Source: Octopus sinensis
Lineage: Eukaryota
NCBI RefSeq assembly: GCF_006345805.1
Contig: NC_043010.1
Coordinates: 32,302,001 to 32,366,000, forward strand
Length of the DNA stretch: 64,000 bases
Reading direction: 5' to 3'
Shown here: positions 26,600 to 39,499 of the stretch, piece after piece
Numbering within the stretch: position 1 is the stretch's first letter
How the letters are laid out: every line of letters begins with the position of its first letter
Translations under genes and position numbers: made by a program
Notes under the pieces: generated by a model
What the model saw: the letters and a program-made list of their open reading frames with translations, nothing else
Database searches by the model: none
Told to the model about the DNA's origin: nothing

Positions 26600-27060
26600 C
26601 TTAACTGGTTGCAAAACCACTGTCTGCATTGCTTAAAATTCTTGTGATTGTTTTCTGTCAGATTCTTAGAAAACCATTTTACAAGTTTAGCCACTTCTTC
26701 AAGCCAATACAGATGCCAGTGAATTATTCAGTTACTTGAATTCAACTCCTAGGCTAATTCTTCAACCATCACAGTGCTACTTCACTCAAATTCTGACAAA
26801 AGCAGGTTTTCATTAAACTGAAGAGGATGACCTGTCCATGGAGTACCCTTTAAGATGAAATTCTTCGAACTATCTTTCACTACTTCTTTTGTTTAAGTAT
26901 TCCTCACTATAAATACCATGAATATTTTGCATGGCTTCTGTCACATTGCTTTTCCTGCCTTAAATGCCCTTGGACATGTTCATATTTAGGAGGGTCAAAG
27001 TAATAAGTGAATTGGATAATTCATATTGTAATGACATGAATCTCTTCTTGGCAACTGCAT
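26600..27060 (-). pseudogene. Mariner transposase N-terminal relic
   Basis: MVEELA*ELNSSN*IIHWHLYWLEEVAKLVKWFSKNLTENN resembles the second HTH plus the WVPHEL-motif region. Confidence 0.65.
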
Positions 27061-27303
27061 GACGTCATGGTAATATGTACTGTTGTCATTCAGGTATTTG
27101 GAAACAGTGAAATTATCTCACTTGTAGATATCAGATTCCAGCCATTACTTATGGGATTACCTGATAGCTGTTAACACAAACATTAAAATAATCAATAAAT
27201 ATAACAGAGTGAATCTATATAAATTAATATTAGTGATAATACATTGTAAGTTCATGTTTCATGCTATAATATAAATGACTGTCTGTCTGTCTGATTGTAT
27301 GTA

Positions 27304-27356
<53 letters not shown>

Positions 27357-28865
27357 ATCCATCTACATCTTTATCTATCATATATTTAACGTTTTCCCCA
27401 TGCTTGAATGGATTGAACAGATCTTATCTGTCACAGCATTTCAACTCTTTTTCCAGTATTTTGCCTGTATGAGTTTTATCCTCTTGAGATATCCATTTAC
27501 CACTTCTTTTTAATCTTCCTGTTATGTCTGTGTATGTGTGTATACACACACAGACATAACTCACACAAAACATGATACACACACATGTTACACACACTCA
27601 CACATAACATAGTTTGGTGTATTCAAAGAACTTTCGGAAATGGTAAAAAAGCGACAATTGGTAGATTAGATAAATGGTTTAACTTCCTTATGAAAGCAAC
27701 TTGTTATTTCTAATAAAAGAATTATGAAAAGGAATAAGAATGAGAATAAAAATATATCTGCATAATTCCTTAGTCAAAAAAAAAATTGTTCTATTAACAA
27801 ATTGTTAGAAAGACAAACTGTATGATTAGAGATTATAACAAAGATAATGTGCACATATCCAAAACTTACCAGTTTACATCTGCATATGTACAGTATTTAA
27901 TTTAAGGTGGTTGTGTTCAGTTAAGTAAAATGAACCTATGCACTTGTCTGCATTTGCAGAAACACTTCAAGCATAGCATTTGAATATATCCTATATTCTG
28001 CAGTCCTTAGGATATATCTGGTACTGCCATTTTTATACAGCCTTTATTTTACAATTATCCTCTACTTGATGTTACAGTCCAGTTTTATCTTTTAAAGACC
28101 AGCTTAAAAGCTTTGTTGTATTTCATTCACAATGTTCTTGAAAAAAGAAACATGATTGTAAAATCTTTTTTTTTAACTTCCCTTCTGACATGTCAATATA
28201 ACATCTTATGGTTGCATTCTTACTTGCTAAATGTTATGTCAAACAGCAAAAACCATCCTGAGTTTGATCTGTAAGCTCATTCACACTTATTATACTTAAT
28301 TTGAAGAAAGAAAAAAATAAACAAAATCTATTTAGTTTTCACTAAAGTATTCTTTATTTGAAGATGAAATTGGGTTAATGAATAAGTATGTAGTTTTGTC
28401 ATTATTGTGGAGGTTGTTTGAATTTGATACACATGTAGTGTGTTTGAATGATGTACATATGCGAGAGAAATGGAATCTATATGGTTCCAAACACACACAC
28501 ACACTCACACACACACTCACACACATACACATGCACGTATGCACACATGTGCATACACATAATTGGTATAAATTTTCATTTAACCACCTTATGAAAAGTT
28601 GATTGCACTTAAATGACAGGCTGTTTCTCTCTCCCAGAAAATATCAGTGTGACTACTTTCAATATTCTAGCAAAGCTGAAAGAAGAGTGTTTACTAAATC
28701 CATTTCCTTGGAATTTTACCATACATATCTACTTATTTTACCCACTGTATAGCACTTCAATTAATTCATGTTGCCATCAATTGTACTATTATGAAAATTA
28801 GGTAGAGCAGTTTATTTGTCAGGGTTTGTCTGCACTGTAAACAGCTGTTAACCACCATTCTCACA

Positions 28866-28918
<53 letters not shown>

Positions 28919-29247
28919 TCAACAGTATAAAGTAAACCAACCTCTATAGAAGTATTAGTGATGAAACCAGCCAGAATAACTTCATTTCCTGGCTTCAAAA
29001 AGAGAAAACCTATGGGTTTACTACACTGTCTAATTTTCACAGATGTACAAAATGACCATTACTGGAAACTCTTTTTAATTCACCTTACATTTCTCCACAC
29101 ATACACATGGACAAGCACACACATATTGTGTATATTAGCTCAGGCCACCTTACATCTCATTATCCAAAGATCCATGCACATAGACTGTCTTCAGACAAAA
29201 ATGGTTAGTGTTAGGGTCAGATCCCTAAAAAATTGTGTATTATTCAG

Positions 29248-29304
29248 AGCTTTCCCTCAAGACTTTTCTCTGAAGATTGTTACTGCAGAGAAGGATTGTT
29301 GTAG
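29248..29304 (+). CDS. Candidate host-gene exon B (AFPQDFSLKIVTAEKDCC-R)
   Basis: ttattcag acceptor and AG|gtaatt donor; 57-bp symmetric phase 2-2 exon with an open frame. Confidence 0.45.
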   Translation, partial: SFPSRLFSEDCYCREGLL

Positions 29305-29728
29305 GTAATTCTGAGTAGTGAGATGTAAAGTAGTTTCCACTAACAGATGCAATAAATTCACTTGACTCAAGATAGCTTTTCTGTTTGATTATATCAACCC
29401 CAGAGTTTATTTCAGTTTGGTTATTGATTTTACCATTTTCTATTTGTAAAACTCCTATGTTATAACATAAGAAAACAGAATGGTGTAAATATACACATAA
29501 GTCGACACAGCCACATACATGCTCATTTATATATACATAGGTATGTTTGTATAGATGGCTTTATTAAGTATGCACTTATGAGCTTCTGCATTTCCAGCTG
29601 CCAAGTTACACTCACAAGACTTTGTTCAGCTCAACACTTCAGCAGAAGCCCTTTGCATTTCATGACTGTGAAGTAAATGCTTTAATCAGTCAGTCAAGAC
29701 TTTGCATGTGCATGCACACATGCATGCG

Positions 29729-29791
<63 letters not shown>

Positions 29792-29990
29792 GAATTAAAA
29801 TTGTTGAAATGCATTTCACACTTGAAAAAAAAATCATTTGACATTTATTTCTTTATTTAAAAAAAAAAAACTTATTTGACATTACTTGACTGGTTTCAGA
29901 ATTTCGTGATCTTTGAAAGTAGTGCGACATGAAAATATCTGGATTATGTTGTATTTGTCTCGACTCTGATAATTTGCTGCTTTTTAATAG

Positions 29991-30078
29991 AGAAATTACA
30001 GCTCACATTGCCTCAGATGAGGTTCAGTTTTGGTTGATTGAAGCTATTGATGAGGTCAGAGAGTTACTGACAGTATGA
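29991..30078 (+). CDS. Candidate host-gene exon C (EITAHIASDEVQFWLIEAIDEVRELLTV*)
   Basis: ctgat...ttgctgctttttaatag acceptor; phase-2 start; amphipathic-helix-like peptide; AATAAA at ~30377 and ~30470. It could instead be internal via a donor at 30073. Confidence 0.45.
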
Positions 30079-30870
30079 CAAATAGTTGCACCAAAAGTTA
30101 TGGCTGTACTAGGCCACTAAATGTGTCATGTAATAGCATGGATAATAATTGCTGTCTGCATTTGTAACTTAGATGACATGACAATATGGAAGATTATCAT
30201 GCTAAAAATCAAGACTGTGTTAATCCAATGAATGTGTACATGATAGTATGAACAAGAAGTTGACAGAATAGTTTAAAATGGAGAAACATCTTACGTGCTT
30301 ATGAATATGATTGTGTGTGAGAATTTATTATTTCTGTCCAATATACCACAGCTTATTCTGTTGGAGTGTGTGTTTTAATAAACATATTTTATTTGTTTGC
30401 TGTACATAAGATTAAATGTTCACTTAGCAGAATCTTTCTTGTATCCTGATACAAGAACGATTTATTGCCAATAAATATTGTTTTTCAATACAAGTTTCAT
30501 TTTTCTTACATAATCCTTGTTACAACCATTACATATAATCATATAATAGCATAAATAAAATGTTTTTATGAATAGGTGAAGTGATTTTTTGGCAGTTATC
30601 TAAACTTCATAAGACAGTGGTTTTGTTACCTTCTTTCAGGAGGGGGTTTGGTTGGTCCAAGTCAGCTATCATAAAGTTTGGTGCGTTTCAGAATGAATTT
30701 CAGCAGTCTCCAATGTTGCTGAGTTTGTGTGTTTTACAGGCTAGATTTAGTACAATTAGTCTTAATTTAAAATTGTTGAATGTAGTAGTATGTTATTCAT
30801 GTTTTGAATTCGGAGGAGACCATATATTGATCGTTTTGCCTTAAAATTTCGTTAATAAACATTTTCAATA

Positions 30871-31294
30871 GGCGTAGGAATGGCTGTGTGGTAAGTAGCT
30901 TGTCTACCAACCACATGGTTCCGGGTTCAGTCCTACTGCATGGCATCTTGGGCAAGTGTCTTCTACTATAGCCTCGAGCTGACCAAAGCCTTGTTAGTGG
31001 ATTTGGTAGACGGAAACTAAAAAGAAGCCTGTCGTATATATATATATATATATTTATGCATGTGTGTGTATATGTTTGTGTATCTGTGTTTGTCCCACCA
31101 ACTTCGCATGACAACAGATGCTGGTGTGTTTACGTCCCCGTAACTTAGCGGTTCGGCATAAGAGACCAATAGAATAAGTACTAGGCTTACAAAGAATAAG
31201 TCCTGGGGTCGATTTGCTTGACTAAAGGCAGTGCTCCAGCATGGCCACAGTCACATGACTGAAACAAGTAAAAAGTAAAAGTAAGTAAAAAGTA
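30871..31294 (+). mobile_element. Full-length tRNA-derived SINE
   Basis: GGCGTAGGAATGGCTGTGTGGTAAG head, GGTTCAGTCC B-box-like motif, internal (TA)/(TG) tract and AAAAGT-repeat tail. Confidence 0.88.
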
Positions 31295-31574
31295 ATACAG
31301 ATAAATGAAGATGCTAAATTTCGTCATTGATTTTAATGATTTATCTTTTATTTTTTACTTATTTCAGTCATTGGACTGTGAACATGCTGGGACACTGCCT
31401 AGAAATGTTTAGTCAAACAAATCAACCCCAGTACTTACTTTTTTTAAGCCTAGCACTTACTCAGTTGATCTCATTTTGCTGGACTGCTAGACTATGGCAA
31501 TGTAAACAAACCAGCACCAGTTGTCAAATGGTTGTGTGAGATGAACACAAACACAAGATCACATGCATAGATAA

Positions 31575-32030
31575 CAGTCTCTTAGGGTGGTGTGTGTCAG
31601 GCATTTGAACAAAGTAGCCTGCCCACTTAATCTGTGCTCTCCTCAGCAGTATGTAGATTCTTGGCAGATCAGCTTGGGAGATGACTTCTGTGTCTAGGAC
31701 CTTGTTTTACCAGGTGATTTTCAATAGCTTTCTCAGGTAGTTCTTGTGGAAGCTGTCTAGCTTGGTGTGACATTTATAAATCAACCAAGTCTCATAGGCA
31801 TACAGTACAGTAGACAGTACAACTGCTTGGTACACCTTCAACCTGGTGGTCAGCTTAATGCCTTTGATTCATGTAGCCACCCAAATGGTGAGTTTCTCTT
31901 GGCAATGCACATGTTAACTTCATTATCAATGTTCACAGATATCGAGAGTATACTGATGAGATATATGAACTTATCAACAACCTTTAGGTTTTTACGTTCA
32001 ACAGTGATAGCTTCTGTGGGGCAGGTTGGT
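31575..32030 (-). pseudogene. RTE-clade LINE 3' coding relic
   Basis: LKVYQAVVLSTVLYAYETW...FHKNYLRKLLKITW...IKWAGYFVQMPD. Confidence 0.7.
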
Positions 32031-32039
32031 ACATTACCT

Positions 32040-33150
32040 CTGTCTTCTAAGTACAGATTGTTGTTTTTTAGTTCATTGTTAATTTCTCACTCTTTTTGAA
32101 TGGTGTTGGATTTGGGTTTAGGGTATGATAGTTCAGAATATATGATGTTAGATATTAAAATCACAGAGATTAATGTTTTGTTCCTATCTTTTGTTGGGCT
32201 GTAGTTGCTTTTATTTTGTATAAATGATTTGTCGTTTTCCTTGTCAAAAGTGGAGATATTGCTCCATACTCGAATGAAGTTGGAGTGCTGTGGTGCTAGA
32301 GTGTATTTTATACCTTTTGAGAGGACTTAAATTTGTTCTATTGTAAAAGTTTTGTATGAAAGATTCTTTTATTTATCACACTGCATTTGTGCTGCCTGGT
32401 GTCACAAATTCTGTTGGCTGGATTTGAAACATTATCTTTTAATTTTGTCATTCTGCTATGTTTCTATATTTGCTGACAATTTTCCTGTTTTTATCAAGTT
32501 TTCTATCAAATTATCAAGTAGCATTTGTCTTCATTTTTAGGTTCAGAGTGTGGCTGGTCCTGTCTAAGATTGTTTTTCATATACAAAATCTCAGGAGTTC
32601 TTCAGTATAAAACAGAGCACCTGTTCTTTTGTATCTATTGAAATATGTGATGTAGTATGCAACAATTGTTCCCTGTTTTAAATGTATGGAAATCTTATGT
32701 CAAAGTTCCATATGTCATTGGCATATCTAACTGTTTGGTCATTCTTAACTTGTTCTGAGTTTTATATGTTTGTGGTCTGCTGTTAAATAAGGCAAGTTTG
32801 GATTTAATTTTATGATTTATTACCAGTGTCAACTTACAATCTGTTTTCTGTTCAATGAGATTTTTTATTATGTGTTTATGTGTACTGTCTGGTATGCATT
32901 TCATTGTATGATAGATTTGCTTGTAATATGTATATTTATAGTAGGTTTTTATGGTAGGGGGTACTGTCTAATGTATTTGCTGCATTGTATTTCTTTTTAT
33001 ACTCATCTATAGTTTGTTCTGCTAGAATGGTTGAATATTCTTTCCTAGTCTGTTTTATTCCATGAATTTCTTTGTCTAGTGTTTTCATTTTGGAAGAGAA
33101 TCTAAATGCTCTCCTTAACAACGATGTTATCACTGACATTTCGTAGATAT
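32040..33150 (-). pseudogene. Degenerate PLE fragment (Penelope/Poseidon-like RT thumb region)
   Basis: SVITSLLRRAFRFSSKMKTLDKEIHGIKQ resembles the PLE thumb region; the rest is heavily decayed. Confidence 0.5.
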
Positions 33151-33179
33151 GTAAACATTCATTATTTCCATGTAGGTAT

Positions 33180-33411
33180 CTTTTCTTTCACTTGTTTCAG
33201 TCATTAGACTGCAGCCATGCTAAGTAGAGCACCAACTTAAAGGGTTTTAGTTGAATAGATCGACCCCATGGCTTATTTTTATAAAGCCTGGTACTTATTC
33301 TATCAGTTTCTTATGTTGAACTGCTAAGTTACAGGATGTAAACAAGCCAACACCAGTTGCCCAGCAGTTGTGGGGGACAAACACTCACACATATGTGTGT
33401 ATATATATATA
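33180..33411 (-). mobile_element. 3' half of a SINE split by nested insertions
   Basis: Matches 21560-21785 and stops in the internal (TA)n; the remainder lies at 40137-40250. Confidence 0.8.
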
Positions 33412-34418
33412 TTTCGTTGTGTTAATTGTCCTGTACTCCATTTTTTGTTGTTTTTAAAAAAATGTCCAGTTCCTTTGGTTTGTGTCTATGTTTTCGTTTC
33501 TCTTTGTGTTCGACGTCCCTTTGGTGTCCTGTACTCATATATGCGTGTATATGTACATGTAGAGGTAGGTACGTACATATATGTTTATATATATGCATAT
33601 GTTTTATTTCATTTATTAATATATTATATGACTAAACGCACGCACCCTCTTAAGTAAGATTGTTCTGTATATCAAGTTTTTGTCTTGATATTAACTCTCA
33701 CGCGCACTCTTCACCTTTCTGTCCCATCCCTATTCTTTGATTTTCTTTTTCCCCCACTTAACTCGTCTCTTCCTCTCTCTCCCCCTCACAATTCTTCATG
33801 GTCTCCTCGCAGCCATTCCTCTTCTTCTCTCCCTTCCTCTTGCTCCTCCTCCCCCCTTCCCGTCGTCCACCCGCGACGATACTTCCGCCCTGACTGTCTT
33901 TTTGGCCTGGCCTTCAAGGTAACTGAACGATATTCTTCCTGCTCTCCTGTCGTTCACAAAAAATTCTGCGTTTGCAATACATTTTTCGTTCGGCGCCAAC
34001 AGCCCTTCTTATCTTGTTTTTCCCTGTTCTGTCTTTTACTGTTATATTTTTTTACTGTTTATATTTTTGTACTGTCGTTACTGTCCTGTTTTTTTTACCA
34101 TTTTTTACCCCTCTGCGAAAAGATCTCAGAATTTTAATTGATTTGCTTTTCGCAGGAAGGAAAGTTTCTTGTCGAAGATACGTCTCGCTTTTATCCTTCG
34201 AAACGTAGAGTAGATGAAACCTTAGCGACTGAAGAAGGGGTTTTTTCGTTGTGTTAAATGTCCTGTACTCCATTATTTGTTGTTTTTAAAAAAATGTCCA
34301 GTTCCTTTGGTTTGTGTCCTTTGGTGTCCTGTACTCATATATGCGTGTATATGTACATGTAGAGGTAGGTACGTACATATATGTTTATATATATGCATAT
34401 GTTTTATTTCATTTATTA
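33412..34418. mobile_element. Non-coding ~830-bp unit with terminal direct repeat (pseudo-LTR/retrozyme-like)
   Basis: 33412-33618 is repeated at 34244-34418 (second copy lacks 32 bp); CpG retained; bounded by (TA)n; no credible ORF. Confidence 0.7.
34166..34210 (+). ncRNA. Weak hammerhead-like motif
   Basis: UUC-UUGUCGA-AGAUA...UAUCCUUC-GAAAC-GUA-GAG has palindromic ACGU helix III and a GUA triplet, but the 5' core deviates from CUGANGA. Confidence 0.25.
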
Positions 34419-34420
34419 TA

Positions 34421-34455
<35 letters not shown>

Positions 34456-34461
<6 letters not shown>

Positions 34462-34541
34462 GGAGTATATCCAAACTTACAGGGAAAAATTAGATTTAGG
34501 ATTAAATCAAATTTCACAGTATAAATATCTCTAATTTAATT
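34456..34541. repeat. Short dispersed repeat in (TA)n (copy 2 of 3)
   Basis: Matches 5995-6067, followed by the shortened inverted tail TATCTCTAATTTAATT. Confidence 0.85.
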
Positions 34542-34552
34542 TATATATGTAT

Positions 34553-34601
<49 letters not shown>

Positions 34602-34612
34602 TATATATATAT

Positions 34613-35945
34613 AACGGGAAGCTTTATGAAAATAGACAAAAGACGAAGGCAGGTTTACGGAAATAAACAAAAGACGAAGGCAGGTGGAATACAAACAAAC
34701 AATTGTATTAGTATAGCGCTCAGGAAATATAAATAAAACAAGTCTTTAACGTTTCGAGCCTACGCTCTTCAACAGAAAGATACACAAAGAAAAAAAACAC
34801 AGAAAGGAGAGAAAAAAATGCGTGCAGAGGCTAGCGAATCAACATGGCGATCTGATTTCGGCCAGAAGTCAAAGATCAAACGTGAGACGCAAGAGCGAAA
34901 TTAGGGGAGATAATAGGGTTAAATGACCCCGCTCCAACATAAGAGTGTGTGTGTGTGTATGAGAAGAGTGTGTGTGTGTGTATGAGAGAGTATTAGTGCG
35001 TATGAGAGGTCTGGACGTATGTATGTATATATGATGTGATGTGTAAAGTCGTATGGTGTAGTGTAGAGAGAGGAGATGAGGGAAGAGGGGGGGAGAGGGG
35101 AGGGGGAGAAAGAAACGGGAGAAGAGGGGGGAAGGGGGAGGAGGGGAGAGAAAGGGGAGAAGGAAGGAGAGGAGAGGAGGAGGGAGGATAGAGGGAGAGA
35201 GAAGGGGAGTGAGTGAGCAGAGAGAAAGAGGGAAGAAGGGAAGAGGAGTAGGGGTGAAAGGATAAAGGACTGAAGAGAAGTAGGGGTCGGGGGGAGGTTA
35301 GATGAGGAGGGGGGAGAGTTGAGACCAAATGGCGTATAAAAGCGAAGAGAGAAGATTAATTCCTGTTCACGGCGCAAACGGAAATCCGGATGGCCTCTGT
35401 GTAAGGACAAACCGAACACAGACAGGTGTTGCAAGGAGTGACCGGTGGAGCGGAAATGGCGTGAGACCGGTGTGTCGTTCACAAGGCGGATGTCACGATG
35501 GTGTTCCGCGAACCGGTCAGCCAAGCGGCGTCCCGTTTGTCCGATGTTACAGGGAATGGCAGAGAGAGCAAGAGACGCAATAGATAATATTGCTGGAGGT
35601 GCCGGTGAAGGAGTTGATGATGCGATAGGGTCGATGATGGGTGCCAGTGAGGAGGGTGGTGTTGGAGAGGTAATGGCAAGTACGGCAACGTGGGCGGGAG
35701 CAGGGGAACGAGCCAGGTTGGGAGGTAGGTTCAGGGAAGGAGCTATGGACCAAAAGGTCTCGAAGGTTATGGGCTCGTTTGAAAGAGGGGAGGGGTCGGT
35801 TAGGGAAGAGGTGTGAAGTGGACGGGTCGGACTGGAGATGACGGAAAGCTCGAAGAATGGTGCGTTGGAGAGGTAGGGTCGTGGGGTGGTAAGTGTGGGG
35901 AAAAGGGAGGCGGGAGACTACAGGGCGGGTTCGGGGAGAGAGAGC
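34613..35945 (-). mobile_element. 5'-truncated Neptune-like PLE: Cys linker + GIY-YIG + 3' non-coding region
   Basis: ~35790-35320 reads NLRDLLVHS...FPCSRPRCRTC...SSNIIYCVSCSLC..(frameshift)IGQTGRRLADRFAEH...PVSRHF...RLRREQELIFSL...PFGLN; (TA)n on both sides. Confidence 0.88.
34743..34780 (-). ncRNA. Minimal type-I hammerhead ribozyme motif (A6U variant)
   Basis: UCUUU-CUGUUGA-A-GAGC(GUAG)GCUC-GAAAC-GUU-AAAGA: 5-bp helix I, 4-bp helix II and palindromic ACGU helix III; same strand as the PLE ORF. Confidence 0.65.
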
Positions 35946-35954
35946 AGATACACG

Positions 35955-36003
<49 letters not shown>

Positions 36004-36061
36004 ATGTATATTTATATATATATGTATATATATATACTTTATTTAAAGCAGCAGAAAATTC

Positions 36062-36115
36062 AACAAAATCTGTTACTCTGAGTTTCTCGTTGCCGTTCAT
36101 CAGACAGTTTTTGTT
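36062..36115 (-). ncRNA. Type-I hammerhead ribozyme, intact core
   Basis: AACAAAAACUGU-CUGAUGA-ACG(GCAA)CGA-GAAACUC(A)GAGUA^ACAGAUUUUGUU: helix I 11/12 bp, GNRA-capped helix II, near-palindromic helix III; predicted cut between 36074 and 36073. Confidence 0.85.
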
Positions 36116-37268
36116 ATAATGGAACCGATATATCAATTCAATCCAGACTCTTACAAACGCTACACCTTTAAAAAATGGACTTGTTTGATTGGCCCTTTAG
36201 AAATAACGGTCAATCTTCGAGCGATAAACAAATGAGCTCAAAAATATATATGTATATATATATATTAAAAAAATTATAAAAATTATAAAATTCGAGGAAA
36301 AAACCTTACATTGAATAAAATACATATTGACGTTAATGAAGGAAATATAATTAGTACATGGAAATTAAAACACATTATAAATATTACACTGCAATACATA
36401 TTCATATTAAAGTGTACATATATATATCAACATACACAGAAGGATGCGTGCAAAAGCCATACATATACAGACGTATAAATATAAATCTAAAATATACACA
36501 CAAATGCATGCATACATATGTATACGCAATCTATCTCGCACGCAAGTTAAAATCATGGATGCTAATGTAGCGTTCCTTATTTACGGAGTAAAGTTTAAGT
36601 GAGGGGGGCGTAAAGTTGCATGCACCAGTATCAGTTAGAGAAAAAAAACGAAAGAAAGGAAGAGAGAGAAAAAAGGAACGAAAAAGGGGGAAGGAAAAAA
36701 GAAAAAGGAGGGGTGGGGAAAAACGAAATGAGAAAAATTATGTATACAAGCTGTGTAACCACGTTATTGACATATATATAGAGACAAGTATACAAACACA
36801 CAAGTTCAAATGGATACATACACCTACAGTCGTGTATGTGTGTGCTTAAGCACAAACATACGCTCACTTACACATACACAGAGACGCATGCTTATAAATA
36901 CATATCCATGGCTATACACATATTTACATCAAAATTCTAATTTTTGACAACATTGCTTTTTAAAAAAAAATGGTGAGTGCAATAATGAAAAATATACGAA
37001 AGACATATAAAATACAACACCCTATTTTGGATCATCTATAAATTAAAAATCAAAGTATTCCTATACAATACAATAACATGAAATAAACAAAGCCGAAGGT
37101 TTTTCCTAATGTATATGTAGAAATATAAACAAAATATATGCATGAGACTTTGCTATACGGAATGAAATCTGCATAGCGTGAAACAAATCCATCGTCGCGT
37201 TTACATACTAGTCCAAGAGTCAAAATCAAAATTTAAATTTCAAAAATCAAAAATACAAAATATATACA

Positions 37269-39340
37269 CTATCCATATGGTATATTTATATTTGACATTT
37301 TAAATTTGGTTGCGTGTCTACATAAGTTCATCAGCTCACTTCTTTGATTCAAAGAATTATTGTCTTGGAATAAAATATACAGTTTCTCTAATAGGCAAAG
37401 ATTGCATTTAAAATTATTCCTGTGTGCTCCATTGCTGTATAGTGCCGCTCTGTCCAGAATGCTCCATGTCACGTTGAAAGGTGGGGTTTCCTTTTCTTTT
37501 AGTTCCCAGACATATTTTGCTAGGCTGGTCCTCTTCCTATTCTCTGGGTATCTAATTGAATTTTTATGCGAATAAAATCGTGTTTTAAACGAATTTTCTG
37601 AAGCCCCTGTATATGTCTTGTATTCCGATGAACCTTCTATTTGTACCTTGGCTCTATAAACTACTCCTTTCACTAGACATTTCCCTTCTATCGGACAGGA
37701 GTTTTCATTTTTGCAATTGCATTTCTTAATGGGCTCGGCACCATGTTTAATCTCAATCAGATTCCTATTATGCTGGCTAATGTAAGAGGCGAAATTTCTG
37801 CAACATGAATAGCTAACCTTCAGGGTTTTTCTATTAAATATCCTATAGAATTTATGGCCCTGCTTAAAATGCTTAGAGACTAATCTCAAAAATTCCTTAC
37901 CTATATTAGTCTTTACGGCCAAATTGAAAGCCGGGTTGAACCACAAAACTTTCCTGGTCCTAGTTCTTCGTGCAGCATTATTATCAGCATTAAGCTGGCT
38001 GTATTGGATCTTCTCAGAGAATCCACTATTCTTTAATGCGCTATCGTAATAAGGTGCAGCATTATGGAATGCTGCCTCGTCCGAAGAAATTGATGATATT
38101 CTTCTACCTACATTGCTGACTAAGTTCCTAAAAGTATATTAGCAAAGTTCGAATCTTTGCTAATATACGATAGCTTTTCATTGGGCTTACGGAAAGGTTT
38201 AAATCTATCCGACCTTACATTAAAATTTACGTCTAAAAAATCTACACTATTCAGGTTAGCATCTATTGTAACCCGTAAGCCCATCCTTTGAAAGAAAGCA
38301 ATAAGGTCCTTCCTAAGTCTATCTGATTCATGGCCGTTTAGATTATGCGTGGCTATAAGGCCGTCATCCCTATATAAACCTGCATCTATAAATGGGAATT
38401 CTATTTTCAGATTATGAAGAATAAAGGCTCCTATGAGCATACATAACTCAGCCCCGTCGTATGCCCCCATCGGTACATCGAAAAGAGAATCCTCACTCTT
38501 CTTAATCCAGGTGGAATCCTCGAAAAAAAGAAGCTATTTCCTCGCATGCATAATAATATCAATTTCCGAGCTATCGATGCTGACATACTGCTTGGCGAAG
38601 TCCAATGCCCTTAGGAACAACGTCCTAGATATTGACGGGTAAAAGTCAATAATGTCGAATTGTGTAAAACTGCAAATATTCTTATAGCTAATACCTTTAA
38701 ACCACTCTATGACTGACTTACTATTCTTCCAAATTCTCAAGTATACTTCACTATCTAACTTAGCTAAAATACGGTCCAAAATATTTTTGCTAATAATTCC
38801 TATTTCAGTTTTAGCCGGATTTATCAATCTACATTTGGGGTTTCTATAAAAATTGGCTTTATGGTCTTTTAGAGTAATAAAAGCTGGTCGTGGTGAAAGA
38901 TATTCAATCCTATCGCTAATCTTAAGATCGTTAGCTATTCCTCTTGCTTCTAAGTTCACCTCTTTGTATATATTTGTGTTATCTTTTTTGTATGTATCTG
39001 TGACACTATTCGAAATCAGGCGTTTATAAACGTCCTTATCAAGTGCATATAAGTTCCTTGTTTTATCAGAATTAACGATCTTATTCGAGTTGTAAATCTC
39101 CTTAATTTTTTCTCTCATATTTCTCTGTAATTGGTTGCTATATTTGCGGAATTTAATTTTCCTAATAAGTTCGAAAAGGTCTTCCTCGAAGGCTTCTAAT
39201 TCCGGAATAGGTGGCGGATTTCTGGGAGATTTAAGTCCATATTTGTTTCCGTCTGTAACGAACTTGGTGTGAGTGACTCTCTTGTACTTTCGGGGTACAA
39301 GAAAGCAATCACTAGCCGTTGCTTTAATAATCCAGATTCT
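37269..39340 (-). pseudogene. PLE reverse transcriptase + GIY-YIG endonuclease ORF with one nonsense codon and one frameshift
   Basis: CRLINPAK, FDIIDFYPSI, PMGAYDGAELC, YRDDGL, FLDV, WFNPAF, CNC..CP, GVVYRA..YTGASENSFKTRFYSH and CNLCLLE; TAG at 38534-36 (HARK*LLF) and a frameshift near 38120-38150. Confidence 0.93.
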
Positions 39341-39499
39341 CTACCAGTCAGAAACAACAAGACGCAGACGTAAATAATATATATACTACTTTATTCTCTA
39401 ATGTGGTAACAGTAACAATAAGTGGTTATCTGATGTCCTTGGTTCTGGGCGCGCAAGGCTGAAAGTTAATGGATTGTAATATTTACAATGTTCAGCCGC

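Noticed and set aside
34919-35320. Pro/Ser/Leu-rich C-terminal extension of the 201-aa ORF
   Set aside because: It is read-through into a polypurine/polypyrimidine low-complexity tract beyond the GIY-YIG domain.
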